Positions 27,345 to 40,196 of a stretch of 64,000 nucleotides of DNA are shown piece by piece. The translations under genes were made by a program, and so were the position numbers. The DNA is from Octopus sinensis (lineage: Eukaryota), in assembly GCF_006345805.1 (NCBI RefSeq), contig NC_043001.1, forward strand, positions 46,686,001-46,750,000. Direction: 5' to 3'. How positions within the stretch are numbered: the stretch's first letter is position 1; each line of letters starts with the position of its first letter. The notes below the pieces were generated by a model. That model made no database searches. It was not told the DNA's origin and worked only from the letters and a program-made list of their open reading frames with translations.

Positions 27345-28125
27345 AGATATTGGTTTCAAATTTTGACACAAGGCCAGCAACGTCGAGGAAGGGGGTAAGT
27401 CCATTACATTGACCCCAGTACTCAACTGGTACTTGTTTTATCGAACCCATAAGGATGAAAGTTAAAAGTCGTCCCCGGTGGAATTTGAACTCAGAACGTA
27501 AATACCGCTAAGCATTTAACTTTAGGGGAGGGAGTAAGTCGATTACATCGACCTCAGTACTCAACTGGTACTTGTTTTATCGAACCCATAAGGATGAAAG
27601 TTAAAAGTCGTCCCCGGTGGAATTTGAACTCAGAACGTAAATACCGCTAAGCATTTAACTTTAGGGGAGGGAGTAAGTCGATTACATCGACCTCAGTACT
27701 CAACTGGTACTTGTTTTATCGAACCCATAAGGATGAAAGTTAAAAGTCGTCCCCGGTGGAATTTGAACTCAGAACGTAAATACCGCTAAGCATTTAACTT
27801 TAGGGGAGGGAGTAAGTCGATTACATTGACCCCAGTACTCAACTGGTACTTGTTTTATCGAACCTAAAAGGATGAAAGATAAAAGTCGTCCACGGTGGAA
27901 TTTGAACTCAGAACGTAAATACCGCTAAGCATTTAACTTTAGAGGAGGGAGTAAGTCGATTACATCGACCCCAGTACTCAACTGGTACTTGTTTTATGGA
28001 ACCCGGACGAATGAAAAGTAAAAGTTGACCTTGACAAAATTTGAACTCAGAACGTGGAAGAACTGCCGCTAAGTAGTTTTTTTGTGTTTTTTTTCCGGCG
28101 CGGTAACGATTCCGCCAGTTCACCG
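27345..28125 (-). repeat. Tandem array of a 139-bp SINE family B internal segment (about 5 units)
   Basis: Unit starts (G/C)ATTACAT at 27402, 27541, 27680, 27819 and 27958. The inner units are nearly identical. Confidence 0.92.
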
Positions 28126-28149
28126 CCCTAAGAACAAAGAAATATTGAT

Positions 28150-28295
28150 TCGAAATTTTGGCACAAGGCCGGCAATTTCTGGGAAGGCGGTAAGTCGATT
28201 AAATCGACCCCAGTGTTCAATTGGTTCTTATTTTATCGACTCCGAAAGGATGAAAGGCAAAGCTGACCTCGGCGGAATTTGATCTCAGGACGTAA
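28150..28295 (-). mobile_element. SINE family B, partial
   Basis: TTTTATCGACTCCGAAAGGATGAAAGGCAAAG..CTCGGCGGAATTTGA. Confidence 0.8.
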
Positions 28296-28328
28296 AACAG
28301 CAACAAAATACTAGTAACAATAATAATA

Positions 28329-28493
28329 GGCGCAGGAGTAGCTGTGTGGTAAGTAGCTTGCGTACCAACCACATGGTTCCGGGTTTCAATCCCACTGCAT
28401 GGCACCTTGGGCAAAGTGTCTTCTACTATAGCCTCGGGTCGACCAAAGCCTTGTGAGTGTTTTTGGTAGACGGAAACTGAAAGAAGCCTGTCG

Positions 28494-28540
<47 letters not shown>

Positions 28541-28747
28541 TCGTGTGTCTGTGTTTGTACCCCCAACATCGCTTAACAACCGATGCTGGTGTGTTTACGT
28601 CCCCGTAACTTAGCGGTTCGGCAAAAGAGACCGATAGAATAAGTACTAGGCTTACAAAGAATAAGTCCTGGGGTCGATTTGCTCGATTAAAAGGCGGTGC
28701 TCCAGCATGGCCGCAGTCAAACGACTGAAACAAGTAAAATAGTAAAC
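28329..28747 (+). mobile_element. SINE family A, full length
   Basis: Head GGCGCAGGAGTAGCTGTGTGGTAAG through tail GACTGAAACAAGTAAAA. Confidence 0.9.
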
Positions 28748-28965
28748 TGCACAACAACAACAACAACATCAATGGTAATAAACAAAAAAGCAGCAACAAC
28801 AATAACAAAAAGAACAGAAGCAACAAAACAAGCAACAGCAACAGGATCAATAGTAAGAATAACAACAACAAACACTACTACTACTACTACTACTACCACT
28901 ACTGCTGCTGCTGCTGCTGCTACTACTACTACTCTTACTACTACTACTGCTGCTGCTGCTGCTGT

Positions 28966-29028
<63 letters not shown>

Positions 29029-30762
29029 AGTAACAATAACTGTAATAACAACACCAACAACAATGACAACTGTAACAAACCACGTCATATTTTATAACAG
29101 AATGAATAACGACAGCAGAATCTGTTAACAACAACAAAAACAACCAGTTTGATTAAGTGGAAAAAAGAAAAGAAAAAGGGGATAGACAGAGAGGAAGAAG
29201 GAGAGTGAGAGGGAGAAAGAGAGAAATAAAGAGAGTGAGAGAGAGAAAGTGAGAGAGTTGTTGGTATTTCACCCGTCAAGTTTCGATGACATCACCAGCA
29301 TTATTTTTTCTCGCATCTTCTGAAAGCTGTCGTTTTTTGTTAAAACATAACATACATGCCAGGGAAAACAACAACAACTGCAAGTTAATGAGGGAGCCTG
29401 CAATGTGGAGGCTCGACCTACAAGAAATAGCAACCAAATCAACTTCCAATGACACCTGACCGTTTATTAGGAAGAAAAGTTTTGAAAGACACATTGGATG
29501 ATGTTGTTCAAGATACATTTATCTCTGATGATCATATCTGGACCACTTTTCATCGTTGGCTTCCTCAATTAAGGCTGGCTTAGATCAAAATATCAACAAT
29601 AATTATATTTGTAAGAACAAAAAAATTATGGCTGTGTGGTTTAAGAAGTCTGCTTTGCAACCATGCGGTTTCAATTTCAGTCCCAATCTATAGATTCACG
29701 TTCAAAGTATGGTCGTTCACCTAGACCCTTGCTCACAACTTTCATCCACTTGCAGCACTCCCTTCTTCACTTTCACTTTCCTTTTCGAGAGAAACTTGAA
29801 AAAAGAGATGAGAGCTTGGAGAAAGAGCAGTGTGTCTCTTCAGCCTTTTCAGGTTGGTTCATCATACAACCATTTCCAGTAATACCATCAGACAGATAAA
29901 CACTGTATGTCCTTTCCGGCTAAAGGAAAGCAACAGGACGATCTTCACAATGGATTCAGCTCATAGCTGGATCGGTCCTACATGTGACCGCAGGTGTTCG
30001 ATATAATTCCACAAGTCAGCAATGCTTTGTTGAACACTGGACAGGCACTGCCTGTCGGTAGCACTGCAAAGCCAGAGATTTCCAAAGGCCCCCGGAATAG
30101 ACAGCTTCTTTATTTTCGTCAACGCCCAGAGTCTGCAAAAGAACATCGTCGCTCTTATTCCCTATAGAATCCCAAAGTAGAATATCCACCGGCCGCATTA
30201 TCCGATTGGTAGAGGTCTGTGAGAGTATGACGACAACCCAGATGCTAAGTACCCTGTTTTGATCTTGTTTGGTCCAGCACTGCTGAGCTGTTTGACAAAC
30301 GTTAAGGAATTGCTGAAAATATCGAAACTTCAGAGCATATCTGTGTATCATCAGCCACGGCATGTCCAGTTTTGCACTCAGCGGGTGTTGACAGCAAACG
30401 CATTGCCTGACGAGTGGAAGTAATAGTCGATTAAATTGGCTTCGGTATTTAACCGCTACTTTATTTTATCGATTCAGAAAGGATGAAAAGCAAAGAAGCA
30501 AATTCGATCTCAGCAAGATTTGCACTCAGATGTGAAGAAAAACACTTTTAAAATTTTTTTTCTAATATCAATGAGCAACAATGATAAAATTGTTTAATTA
30601 TTTTCAGGTGATTTATATATAATCAAGTAAGCTGAATTCGAAAAAGCTATTGATTTTATACCATCATGTGATAGTTTTTCACAGATGAGAAGAAAGATTA
30701 TATTTTCATTGACTACATATTAAGTAACTTCTTTTTTCATTGATTTATTCATTTTTTTTTCA

Positions 30763-30902
30763 GGCATGGCTATGTGGTAAGACGCTTGCTTCACAATTGC
30801 ATGGGTCGAGGTTCAGTTCCTCAAGTAGCACCTTGAGCAAGAGTCTTCTACTAAAGAGCTTTGTGAGTGGATTTGGTAGACGGAAACTGAAAGAAGCCCG
30901 TC

Positions 30903-30952
<50 letters not shown>

Positions 30953-31620
30953 GTGTATGTGTATGTGTGTCTTTGTGTCTGTATTTGTTTCTCCTCCCCC
31001 GTTTGACAACCGGTGCTGGTGTGTTTACGTCCCCGTAACTTAGCGGTTCAGCAAAAGAGACCGTAGAGGCTTTCAAAAAATAAGTACTGGAGTCGATGCA
31101 TTCGACTAAAAATTCTTCAGGGTGGTGCTCCAACATGGCCACAGTCTAATAACTGAAACAAGTAAAAAAATTTTTAAATAGGCGGAAGTGTGGCTGGGTG
31201 GTAAGGCGTTTGCTTCCCAACCCCATGGTTCCGGGTTCATTCTTACACCGTGGCAACTTAGGCATGTGTCTTCTACTATAGCACTAGTCTGACAAAAGAC
31301 TTGCGTGTGGAGTTAGCAAAGAGAAACTGAAAGAAGCCTATTGCATATAGATAGGCGTATATATCTATGTGTCTTTATGTTTGTGTTTGACACTCACTCC
31401 ACTGCTTAACAATTGGTGTTGGGATGCTTACATCTCCGTAACATATCGATTCGGCATAAGAGAATGATAGAATAGGTTCCAGGCTTAAAAAAAAAATACT
31501 GGGCGGTGCCCCAGCATGGCCACAGATCGTGAGCTGAAACTAGATGAAATGAAATGAAATGAAAATGATTCATTCGATTGACTCATTCAGTCCAATGACT
31601 GAAACAGGTAAAAGATAAAA
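30763..31620 (+). mobile_element. Two adjacent diverged SINE family A copies (about 30763-31170 and 31180-31620)
   Basis: Each has a head, the GGAAACTGAAAGAAGCC body motif or a close variant, and the CCAGCATGGCCACAG tail motif or a close variant. Confidence 0.8.
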
Positions 31621-31659
31621 ATATATAAATTTATCATTGTGTATTTTTTTCAAAAATAG

Positions 31660-32010
31660 AATATGACAAGCAGTCCCGTGAAAATATTACTGATATAAAT
31701 TGATATACGCACTTGAAACAGCCTTTTGTATTTCGATATCAAGAATAGTGGCCAAGATGAATCATAGACCCTCCATAAAGTATGTAAATATTGTGTTGAG
31801 CCACTTAAAATATGAAACAAAAGAAAGTAAAACATATGCCGTTTGCAATATCAACGATTTGGTGTGAACCGCAAATTCACACAGACGATACCTATTTATA
31901 ATCATACAATTTTAAATAATTCCACAACGAAAACAATAAAAAACATTAAATATTTCGAAATGCCATGTGCAAGGAGCCTATGCCTCACAAATCTGATTTT
32001 CCAAACCCGG
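31660..32010 (+). pseudogene. Degenerate DNA-transposase N-terminal fragment, Chapaev3-like
   Basis: GQDES*TLHKVCKYCVEPL..KHMPFAISTIWCEPQIHTDD..IKYFEMPCA..PMPH fits the recalled GDQDKxWAPHxxCxxC..MPFxxPxxWREPxxHxxDCYFC motif. The family name is from memory. Confidence 0.6.
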
Positions 32011-32209
32011 TTTATAAGGATCGTTTCTGTTTTCTTCAACAACTTCTGATGATGAAAGATTAAAATACGCAAAAGACGAGATTACTAAATAGCCTCTCTC
32101 ACTGGAATTTAGACACCAACAGTGTAGTCTTTATTATGCATGTATGCATGCATTTTATGTATATGCGTGGGCATTTATGCACAGATGCACGTATATATAT
32201 ATATAAGAA

Positions 32210-32518
32210 AAAGAGCCCCTTTGGATGACCATGGGATTGCACCTCCGAGGCACAAGTCCGGGCAAAGTTGTTTAAGGAAGACCAGGAGTCGTACATGCGA
32301 ACCAGCCTCCCCTCTCCACGCCACCGGTATTATCCAAGGGAAAGGGAAAGGCCAATATAGCTTGGCACCAATGACATCGCAACTAATTTCTCCAGCTGAG
32401 TGAACTGGAACAATATGAAATAAAGTGTCTTGTTCAAGAACACAATGCACAGTCCGGTCCGGGAACCGAACTCACTACGTCATTATTGTGAGTCCGATGC
32501 TCTCACCACTGAACCACA
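32210..32518 (-). mobile_element. SINE related to family C
   Basis: Reverse complement has a tRNA-like head, TTGTGTTCTTGAACAAGACACTT and CCAGTTCACTCAGCTG, shared with 20426-20685 but with a different 3' part. Confidence 0.7.
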
Positions 32519-32806
32519 CACACACACACACACACACATGTCTATATGCATGTATCTAATGCAGTCGTGCGAATGTGTATGCATATACACATATATGTGA
32601 ATATACACATGGGCACAAATATGGAGGCCATTGCATATGTACATGTTACTGCATTTTGAACTAAGTTGTAGCTGTAAGATTTTAATTAGGCATGTTCTTT
32701 CTTGCCTTGTGAACCCATCAACTCGAAATTGTTACTGAGCAGTGAGGCAGCTGATTTCCACAACAGAACACCTCTCTTTGTAGTTCGACACAACAATATC
32801 TGGCCG

Positions 32807-32837
<31 letters not shown>

Positions 32838-32936
32838 TGTATGTATGTATGTATGTATGTATGCATGCATGCGTGTATGTATGTATGTATGTATGTATGT
32901 ATGTATGTATGTATGTATGTATGTATGTATGCGTGC

Positions 32937-32971
<35 letters not shown>

Positions 32972-32991
32972 GTGTGTGTGTGTGTAGGTTA

Positions 32992-33220
32992 GGCGGCGAG
33001 CTGGCAGAAACGTTAGCGCGCCGGGCGAAATGCTCAGCGGTATTTCGTCTGTCGTTACGTTCTGAGTTCAAATTCTGCCGAAGTCGACTTTGCCTTTCAT
33101 CCTTTCGGAGTGGATAAATAAAGTACCAGTTTCGCACTGGGTTCGACGTAATCGACTTAATCCCTTTGTCTGTCCTTGTTTGTCCTTTCTATGTTTAGCC
33201 CCTTGTGGGTAGTAAAGAAA
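32992..33220 (+). mobile_element. SINE family B, full length
   Basis: GGCGGCGAGCTGGCAGAAACGTTAGC head, GAGTTCAAATTC B-box and GGGTAGTAAAGAAA tail. Confidence 0.9.
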
Positions 33221-33739
33221 AAAAATATATATGTAGGTATGTATGTATGAATGTAGGTATGCATGTAAGTGAGAATGTATGTATGCATGTAAGTGTGAAT
33301 TTATGCATGTGTGCACGTGTGCATAAGTATATGTATACATGAATGCATGTATGTATGAATGTATATGCACGGGTGTGTATGAGTGTTTCTATATATGCAT
33401 GTGTGCATATGTGCATGTGTGCATGTGTGCATGTATGTATGTATGTATGCATGCATGCATGTCTGTATGTTTCTATGTGTGCATATATATATGTAGGTAT
33501 GTATGTATAAATGTAGGTATGGATGTAAGTGTGACTGTATGTATGCATGTAAGTGTGAATTTATGCATGTGTGTACGTGTGCATGCGCATATGTATACAT
33601 GAATGCATGTATGTATGAATGTATGTACACGAGTGTTTGTGTATATTCACGTGTGCGTAAGTGCATGTGTGCATATATGTATGTATATATATATATGTAT
33701 GTATGTGTTTCTCTTTTTATGTGGAGTTTTCGAGTTCAT

Positions 33740-34165
33740 TTTCTGTTCTCTTAGTAATCCATCGAGCTTAGATTTTAAGAATCCATCATTTAAATTCCAA
33801 GCAAGTCTTACAGATTTTATCATTCTTGTACATATCATGGTTATCTTTAGTGTTTGAATGATAGAACTGCGTTCTTTCTCCAAGAATTCAAGTCCAACCA
33901 CAATTTTATTTAGGGTTGTAAGTATACCCTGTCGCTACGATAATAATAAGTATAAAACTAAGTGTATTTCGGGTACTGGATTTGCAGACATCTCATCAAA
34001 GACTTGTAGATATCTTCCTTGTTCTTCTTGTATTTTTAGTAACTGGACCGATGTCAAATGGGCATCTGTATGACTTCTTCAACAGAGCATGTTTTTGCTT
34101 CGTGGTACCAAACAACAATATCAGGTCGGTTCCACCAGTATTTTTTGAACCGTCGTTCTTTATGT
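33740..34165 (-). pseudogene. REL-endonuclease 3' fragment of an R4/Dong-like LINE (diverged relative of the 21787/47742 family)
   Basis: Minus strand reads KYWWNRPDIVVWYHEAKTCSVEEV..CPFDI..LEFLEKERSSIIQTL, parallel to the 48620-49005 peptide. Flanked by TATG/TACA repeats. Confidence 0.65.
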
Positions 34166-34535
34166 TATCTATCTACACATACATATATGTATATATGTAC
34201 GTACGCATTTACGTACTCATGCATATATGTATGTATGTTTGTGTATTTATATGCATGGATTCATGTATGTATGTATGTATGAATACATATATGCATACAT
34301 GTGTGTTTTCTGTCAATACGTATACAGAGATGTTATAAGAAAGAGAGAGAAAGAGGGAAGACATATAAACATAAACATGTATGTCAAGAGGTAATCTTTA
34401 TATCCACCTTAACCGATTACTGCGTTATTAGCCTTGAGAGACTCTTTCGTATAGGCGCTTAGTGCATAAAAGCATATATATGTAGCATATATCATATATA
34501 TATACTATATATATACTATATATATACTATATATA

Positions 34536-34607
<72 letters not shown>

Positions 34608-34623
34608 TATATATAATATATAT

Positions 34624-34660
<37 letters not shown>

Positions 34661-34766
34661 CATATATATATACATACATATAATACATATATAGATAGAT
34701 AAATAGATATGCATACATATATACATAGATACATGTGTGTGTGTGCGTGTGTGTGTGTGTGTGTGT

Positions 34767-34824
<58 letters not shown>

Positions 34825-35299
34825 CATAAATATCAGACATGTATATTTGAAGTGTGAGAACGTCTGCCAAAAATTAGTTGAAAGGTAATTAACTTCATTA
34901 TAAACCTGCATGTATCTATGTATATTTATGTATATATTAATGTACGCAAATTGTTCCGTTGATTTTTTTTATTAGTGTACATATGTTTGTGTAAGTTATT
35001 TGTAATATAAACATTGTTCTCTTGTAAATTTTCGTCTGGACATCTTAATGCATCGACTGTCGTCTGGTTCTGTCATATGTTTCACACACACACACGTACA
35101 CTCGCGCGCACATAAACAGTGCACAAATATACGTATACATGCAAGCATGCATACATAAATGCATACATATATCTCAGGAAAACGAAGAAGCACCTACTCC
35201 AGGCATGAGCAACCTTTCTCGGAAGCGGGCCACAATGGAACATTGCTCATTGTCAGGCGGGCCGCATTTCTAAAAACATTTAGAGAAATTTTTCGTGAA

Positions 35300-35446
35300 A
35301 AAAGTCGGGTGAATCGACTCCAGTACTTATTTTTTAAGCCTGGTACTTCTATAGGTGTCTTTTGCCGAACCGCTAAGTTACGGGAATGCAAACACACCAA
35401 CACCGGTTGTCCAGCGGTGGTGGGGGACAAACATAGATACACACAC

Positions 35447-35479
<33 letters not shown>

Positions 35480-36030
35480 CACAATGGGTTTCTTTCAGTT
35501 TCCGTCTACCAAATCTACTCACAAAGTTTTGGTCGACTCGTGGCTATAGTATAAGACACTTGCCCAAGGTGCCATGCAGTGGGATTGAATCCCGAGCAAT
35601 ATGGCTGGGAAGCAAGTCTCTTACCACACAGCCACACATATGCACAACCGCACTAATATATTTGCTGAGGAGTTTTAATAAGTTGGAAATATGTCCAAAG
35701 TCGTCACCATTCTTATCAAAGATGAAACTCAGCCTCTACTGCATGATGCCATTTTGTTTTAACTTATTCTGAAATTCGGCTTTATTTCTTTTGCCTTTCT
35801 TGATAAGATATATTTTATCTTTTACTTGTTTCAGTCATTAGGCAGCGACCATACTGGGATACCGCCTTGAAGGGTTCTGTCGAACTATTTGACTCCACTA
35901 TTTACAGTTTTTAAAGCCTGGTACATATTCTATCAGTCATTTTTCCGAACTGCTAAGTCATGGAGACTTAGACAAGCCAATACCGATTGTTAAACGGTTT
36001 TAGGATACAAACATAAACGTAAGATCTAAG
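35300..36030 (-). mobile_element. SINE family A copies (about 35300-35640 and a tail fragment at about 35815-36030)
   Basis: Reverse complement of family A motifs. Confidence 0.8.
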
Positions 36031-37005
36031 ACATATACATACATACATACACACATATACATACTTACACACATTTGTTATAACTTAAATTTTCAGTATT
36101 GGTTGTGAAAATCAATTTTGTTTTTAAATTAATTCATTTTAGAATATAATCAGGATTATGGAGAAATTAACTGAAAATCAAATTATTTTAAAAATTAATT
36201 TATTTCAGAATATAATCAGGATTTTGGAGCAATTAATTGCCTTTATAGTAAAGCTGGTACATCGGTAGTGCTGGATGTAAACGGCAGCGAAGATATTATC
36301 ATCAAAACATTGGTGGTTGTCATTTGACATAGTGCCAGAAAAATACCACTTTCAAAGCTCCCTTGAATAATCCGAACCAGGTACTAAAATGGCTCTTTAC
36401 TGATTGGGCAACAATGATTCCCAATAAAAGACCAACAGGTCGAAACATAGATGTCTAGAAGTGGAGTATAGACGTCTTCCGGCGTTTAGAAGCTTCCTTG
36501 GAAACATGCCGCTCTTCAGAATTAGTGGGGGACTAAAATAACATATTAGACGCACGATGTGAATGTATGGTGTTACTGCACACCAGCTCAAAGTTTTCTA
36601 ATTGTTTGACAGATGCCAAGTGGATTTTTCGAATGTGCCAGTGAGGAAAATGAAACAACCGTATCAGGATAGCGTAATCGTGTCTACATGTAGCTGGTGG
36701 AAGATCAATGGATTGAGACGGAAAGACTGTCTACATTTGCAACTGGTTGACTGCAGACAACACATTTGTGACGTGCATGAATAATCTAGATAGGACATAA
36801 TCGCAGAGACCTGGTTACTGAAAATGGAACTTGAACGCGTCTTTCCTAAATGATACTTTTTTGAAAAATACAGACGATGCAATTTAGAGAGGAACGGGTC
36901 TTGAAAGTCAAACATAATTACAAAGGACTTGTTTCGAACTTGTTAGATCTTATCAGCGAAACACATTCAGTTCAGTTGATAACATTTAGAGATTATGTAA
37001 GAATG

Positions 37006-37036
<31 letters not shown>

Positions 37037-37107
37037 GTATGTATGTATGTATGTATGTATGTATGTATGTATGTATGCATGTATGTATGTATGTATTTAC
37101 TTATGTA

Positions 37108-37143
<36 letters not shown>

Positions 37144-37559
37144 GGCGTAGGAGTGGCTGTGTGGTTAGTAGCTTGCTTACCAACCACATGGTTCCGGGTT
37201 CAGTCCCACTGCGTGGCATCTTGGGCAAGTGTCTTCTACTATAGCCCCGGGCCGACCAATGCCTTGTGAGTGGATTTGGTAGACGGAAATTGAAAGAAGC
37301 CCGTCGTATATATGTATATATATATTTATGTGCGTGTATGTTTGTATGTCTGTGTTTGTCCCCCCAACATCGCTTGACAACCGATGCTGGTGTGTTTATG
37401 TCCCCGTCACTTAGCGGTTCGGCAAAAGAGACCGATAGAATAAGTACTGGGCTTACAAAGAATAAGTCCCGGGGTCGAGTTGCTCGACTAAAGGCGGTGC
37501 TCCAGCATGGCCGCAGTCAACTGACTGAAACAAGTAAAAGAGTAAAAGAGTTAAAAGAG

Positions 37560-37560
<1 letters not shown>
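37144..37560 (+). mobile_element. SINE family A, full length (CORE-like, resembles Octopus OR2)
   Basis: A-box-like TGGCTGTGTGG, B-box GGTTCAGTCCC, CORE-like CTTGGGCAAGTGTCTT, internal microsatellite and AAAAGAGT tail. Confidence 0.9.
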
Positions 37561-37591
<31 letters not shown>

Positions 37592-38383
37592 ATATATATA
37601 TATATATATCATGGCAACTCGGGCTTTCGGGTATAAATTTAGTATAAATTTAGTAAAGTGAGCATGTATATGCAAGCTGATTTAATTTCTACCAATGCTA
37701 ACGTCACGCATGTAATTTCAGCCAATAATTTGGGCTCCTATTATTGAGCGTGGTCACAGTTCATTTATTTTTGTTCAGCGTCTGGCGCCCTCTGTCAAAA
37801 TATATCATTCGTAGCAGACTTCTCTCGACATCGTTCACACGCGCCTGACTAGGGCTTAGAAATCACAGCCTTAGTTGTTATCTATAATCGTAAAAATTCA
37901 AAGTAATTCAAATTCAATGATTTCTTGAAACAATACATTTCTATAGAGATTAAAATTTAAATTCCAATCTATGAAAAGTTTCCGTTCTATAATATTTTAA
38001 AAGGAACTCAGGCTAATACGAACGAGTCTGCAACGTGTAAAAGACTAAATGACATCTCTTGCCAAGAGTACAGGCGACAGTTAGATCACTGAAGTTTGTT
38101 GTGCACTCCGCTGTCGTTATTTGATTGCAGTTATTCTGTGCGTGTATGTAAACAATTGTGTTTCGCAGGGTTACTTTATTTTTACCCTCAACTTATAAAT
38201 GGGGAAAGACATAGTGTGCTATACAAAAAAAAAAATAAGCCATTTAGGATAAAAACATTGCGGGAAAACGTGAAATTCTTCGAGCAGGCATGTATCTTAT
38301 GCAAAATTTGTGATGAATCAGAGTGACGAAATCTATGATGAGCCCGAGTGAGCTGATTACTTGGAGTCGCCTCTGATATATAT

Positions 38384-38424
<41 letters not shown>

Positions 38425-38427
<3 letters not shown>

Positions 38428-38615
38428 AGAGTTTACGGAAAAAACAAAAGACGAAGACAGGTGGTGTACAAAACAAACAGATGTATTAGCATAACGCTCA
38501 GGAATAGAAAAAGTCTTTTACGTTTCGAGCCTACGCTCTTCTATAGAAAGGGACACAGAAAACAAGGAGAGAAAAAAATGTGTGTAGTGGCTAACGATCT
38601 ATCATGGCGTCTGAC
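38425..38615 (-). mobile_element. Penelope-like terminal-repeat remnant with a minimal hammerhead motif
   Basis: Minus strand cttt-CTATAGA-agagcgtaggctc-GAAA-cg-TA-aaag at 38515-38550. Same architecture as 54862-54894. Confidence 0.55.
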
Positions 38616-38759
38616 TCGGACAGAATGTATGTATGTGTAGGTGTGAAAAAGTGGGGATAGATGTGTGGGTGGTGTGCTGTGATGTGATGTGTAATGTTGT
38701 ATGGTGTAGTGTGGTGTGGTGTGTTGTTGTTGGGAGGTGGGGGAGGTGAGAGTGGGGAA

Positions 38760-38965
38760 AGCACGGCAGAATCGCTGGCACGCCGGATAAAATGCTTAAC
38801 GTCATTTCGCCCACCTTTACGTTCTGAGTTCAAATTCCGCCGAGGTCAACATTGCCTTTCATCTTTTTAGAGCCAATAAATAAAGTACCAGTTGAACACT
38901 GAGGTCGATGTAATCGACTAGCCACTTATCCAAAATTTTCAGGTCCTCTGCCTGTAGTAGAAAGA
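38760..38965 (+). mobile_element. SINE family B
   Basis: GGCAGAATCGCTGGCACGCCGG..CGTTCTGAGTTCAAATTCCGCCGAGG. Confidence 0.85.
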
Positions 38966-39113
38966 AAAAAATACTACGGAAACTGAAAGAAGCCTATCGT
39001 ATATGTATATGTTTGTGCGTCTGCTTTTTGAATACGTCCTGGGTCGATTTGTTCGCCTAAACGCGATGTTTCAGTCAAATGAATGAAACAAATAAAAGAA
39101 TGTGAAAGTTTCC

Positions 39114-39160
<47 letters not shown>

Positions 39161-39296
39161 TATGTGTATGTGTGTAAGTGTATGTTTGAGATATATGATC
39201 TGTTATTCTCGATGGCACACTAACACACCTTAAATTGTACTTCAAATCTAAGTGAGCGTGTTCCTACGTATGAGTGTGCGGGAATGAGTGCTTGCT

Positions 39297-39349
<53 letters not shown>

Positions 39350-40046
39350 AAGTTTTGTTATTACAATAATCATGGAGTAATCTCGTAACCAAAAGGGAGG
39401 ATTTGTGTTTATGTGGGAAAAAATCCTCCCGTCCTACACCCCGAAATATCAAGTCTCAATCTAAAAACACCATATTTTCCTACCCCTGCAAACTTTTTCA
39501 CACCCATCCATGTCTCATATTCTGGTAGCAGAAATGGGGTGGGTGTGACGGGTGCTGGGGTTATTAAGACAGCCGTTAGTATACAGGGCCTGGTGAGTGA
39601 CAGGGTGATTGAGAAGTAGAATGATATGGGGAGATGGATGGTAGGCGGGTTGCTCGGCTGGGTGGTTGGTTGGATGGGTTGGTGGTGGGGGATGAGTGGT
39701 GGGTGGTGGGTTGTTGGATCGAGAAGAGAGCAAAGCTTATCAGATGTGTTGATAAAAGGGGATAAGGGTCTGCTGTGAATGGGTTAGGGTTGAATTGCAA
39801 AGATAGATTATGTATCCTTGAGTCTCACAGAACGCTTGAGTTGTATGTATGTATGTATGTATGTATGTATGTATGTATGTATGTATGTATGTATGTATGT
39901 ATTTATGTATGTATGTACGAATGTACGAATGTACGAATGTATGCATGCATGTATGTATGTATGTATGTATGTATGTATGCATGCATGTATGTATGTATGT
40001 ATGTATGTATGTACGCATGCACGTATGTATGTATATGTATGTGTCT

Positions 40047-40162
40047 GTATACACACACACACACACATATATATATGAAATACATATATATCTACAGATA
40101 TATTTATACACATCTATGTATATATATATATTTATCAATTATAATATATGTATATACATATG

Positions 40163-40196
<34 letters not shown>

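Noticed and set aside
27402-28060. Regularly spaced repeats as a possible CRISPR array
   Set aside because: The whole 139-bp unit is repeated with no unique spacers, it derives from a SINE, and the context is eukaryotic with no cas genes.
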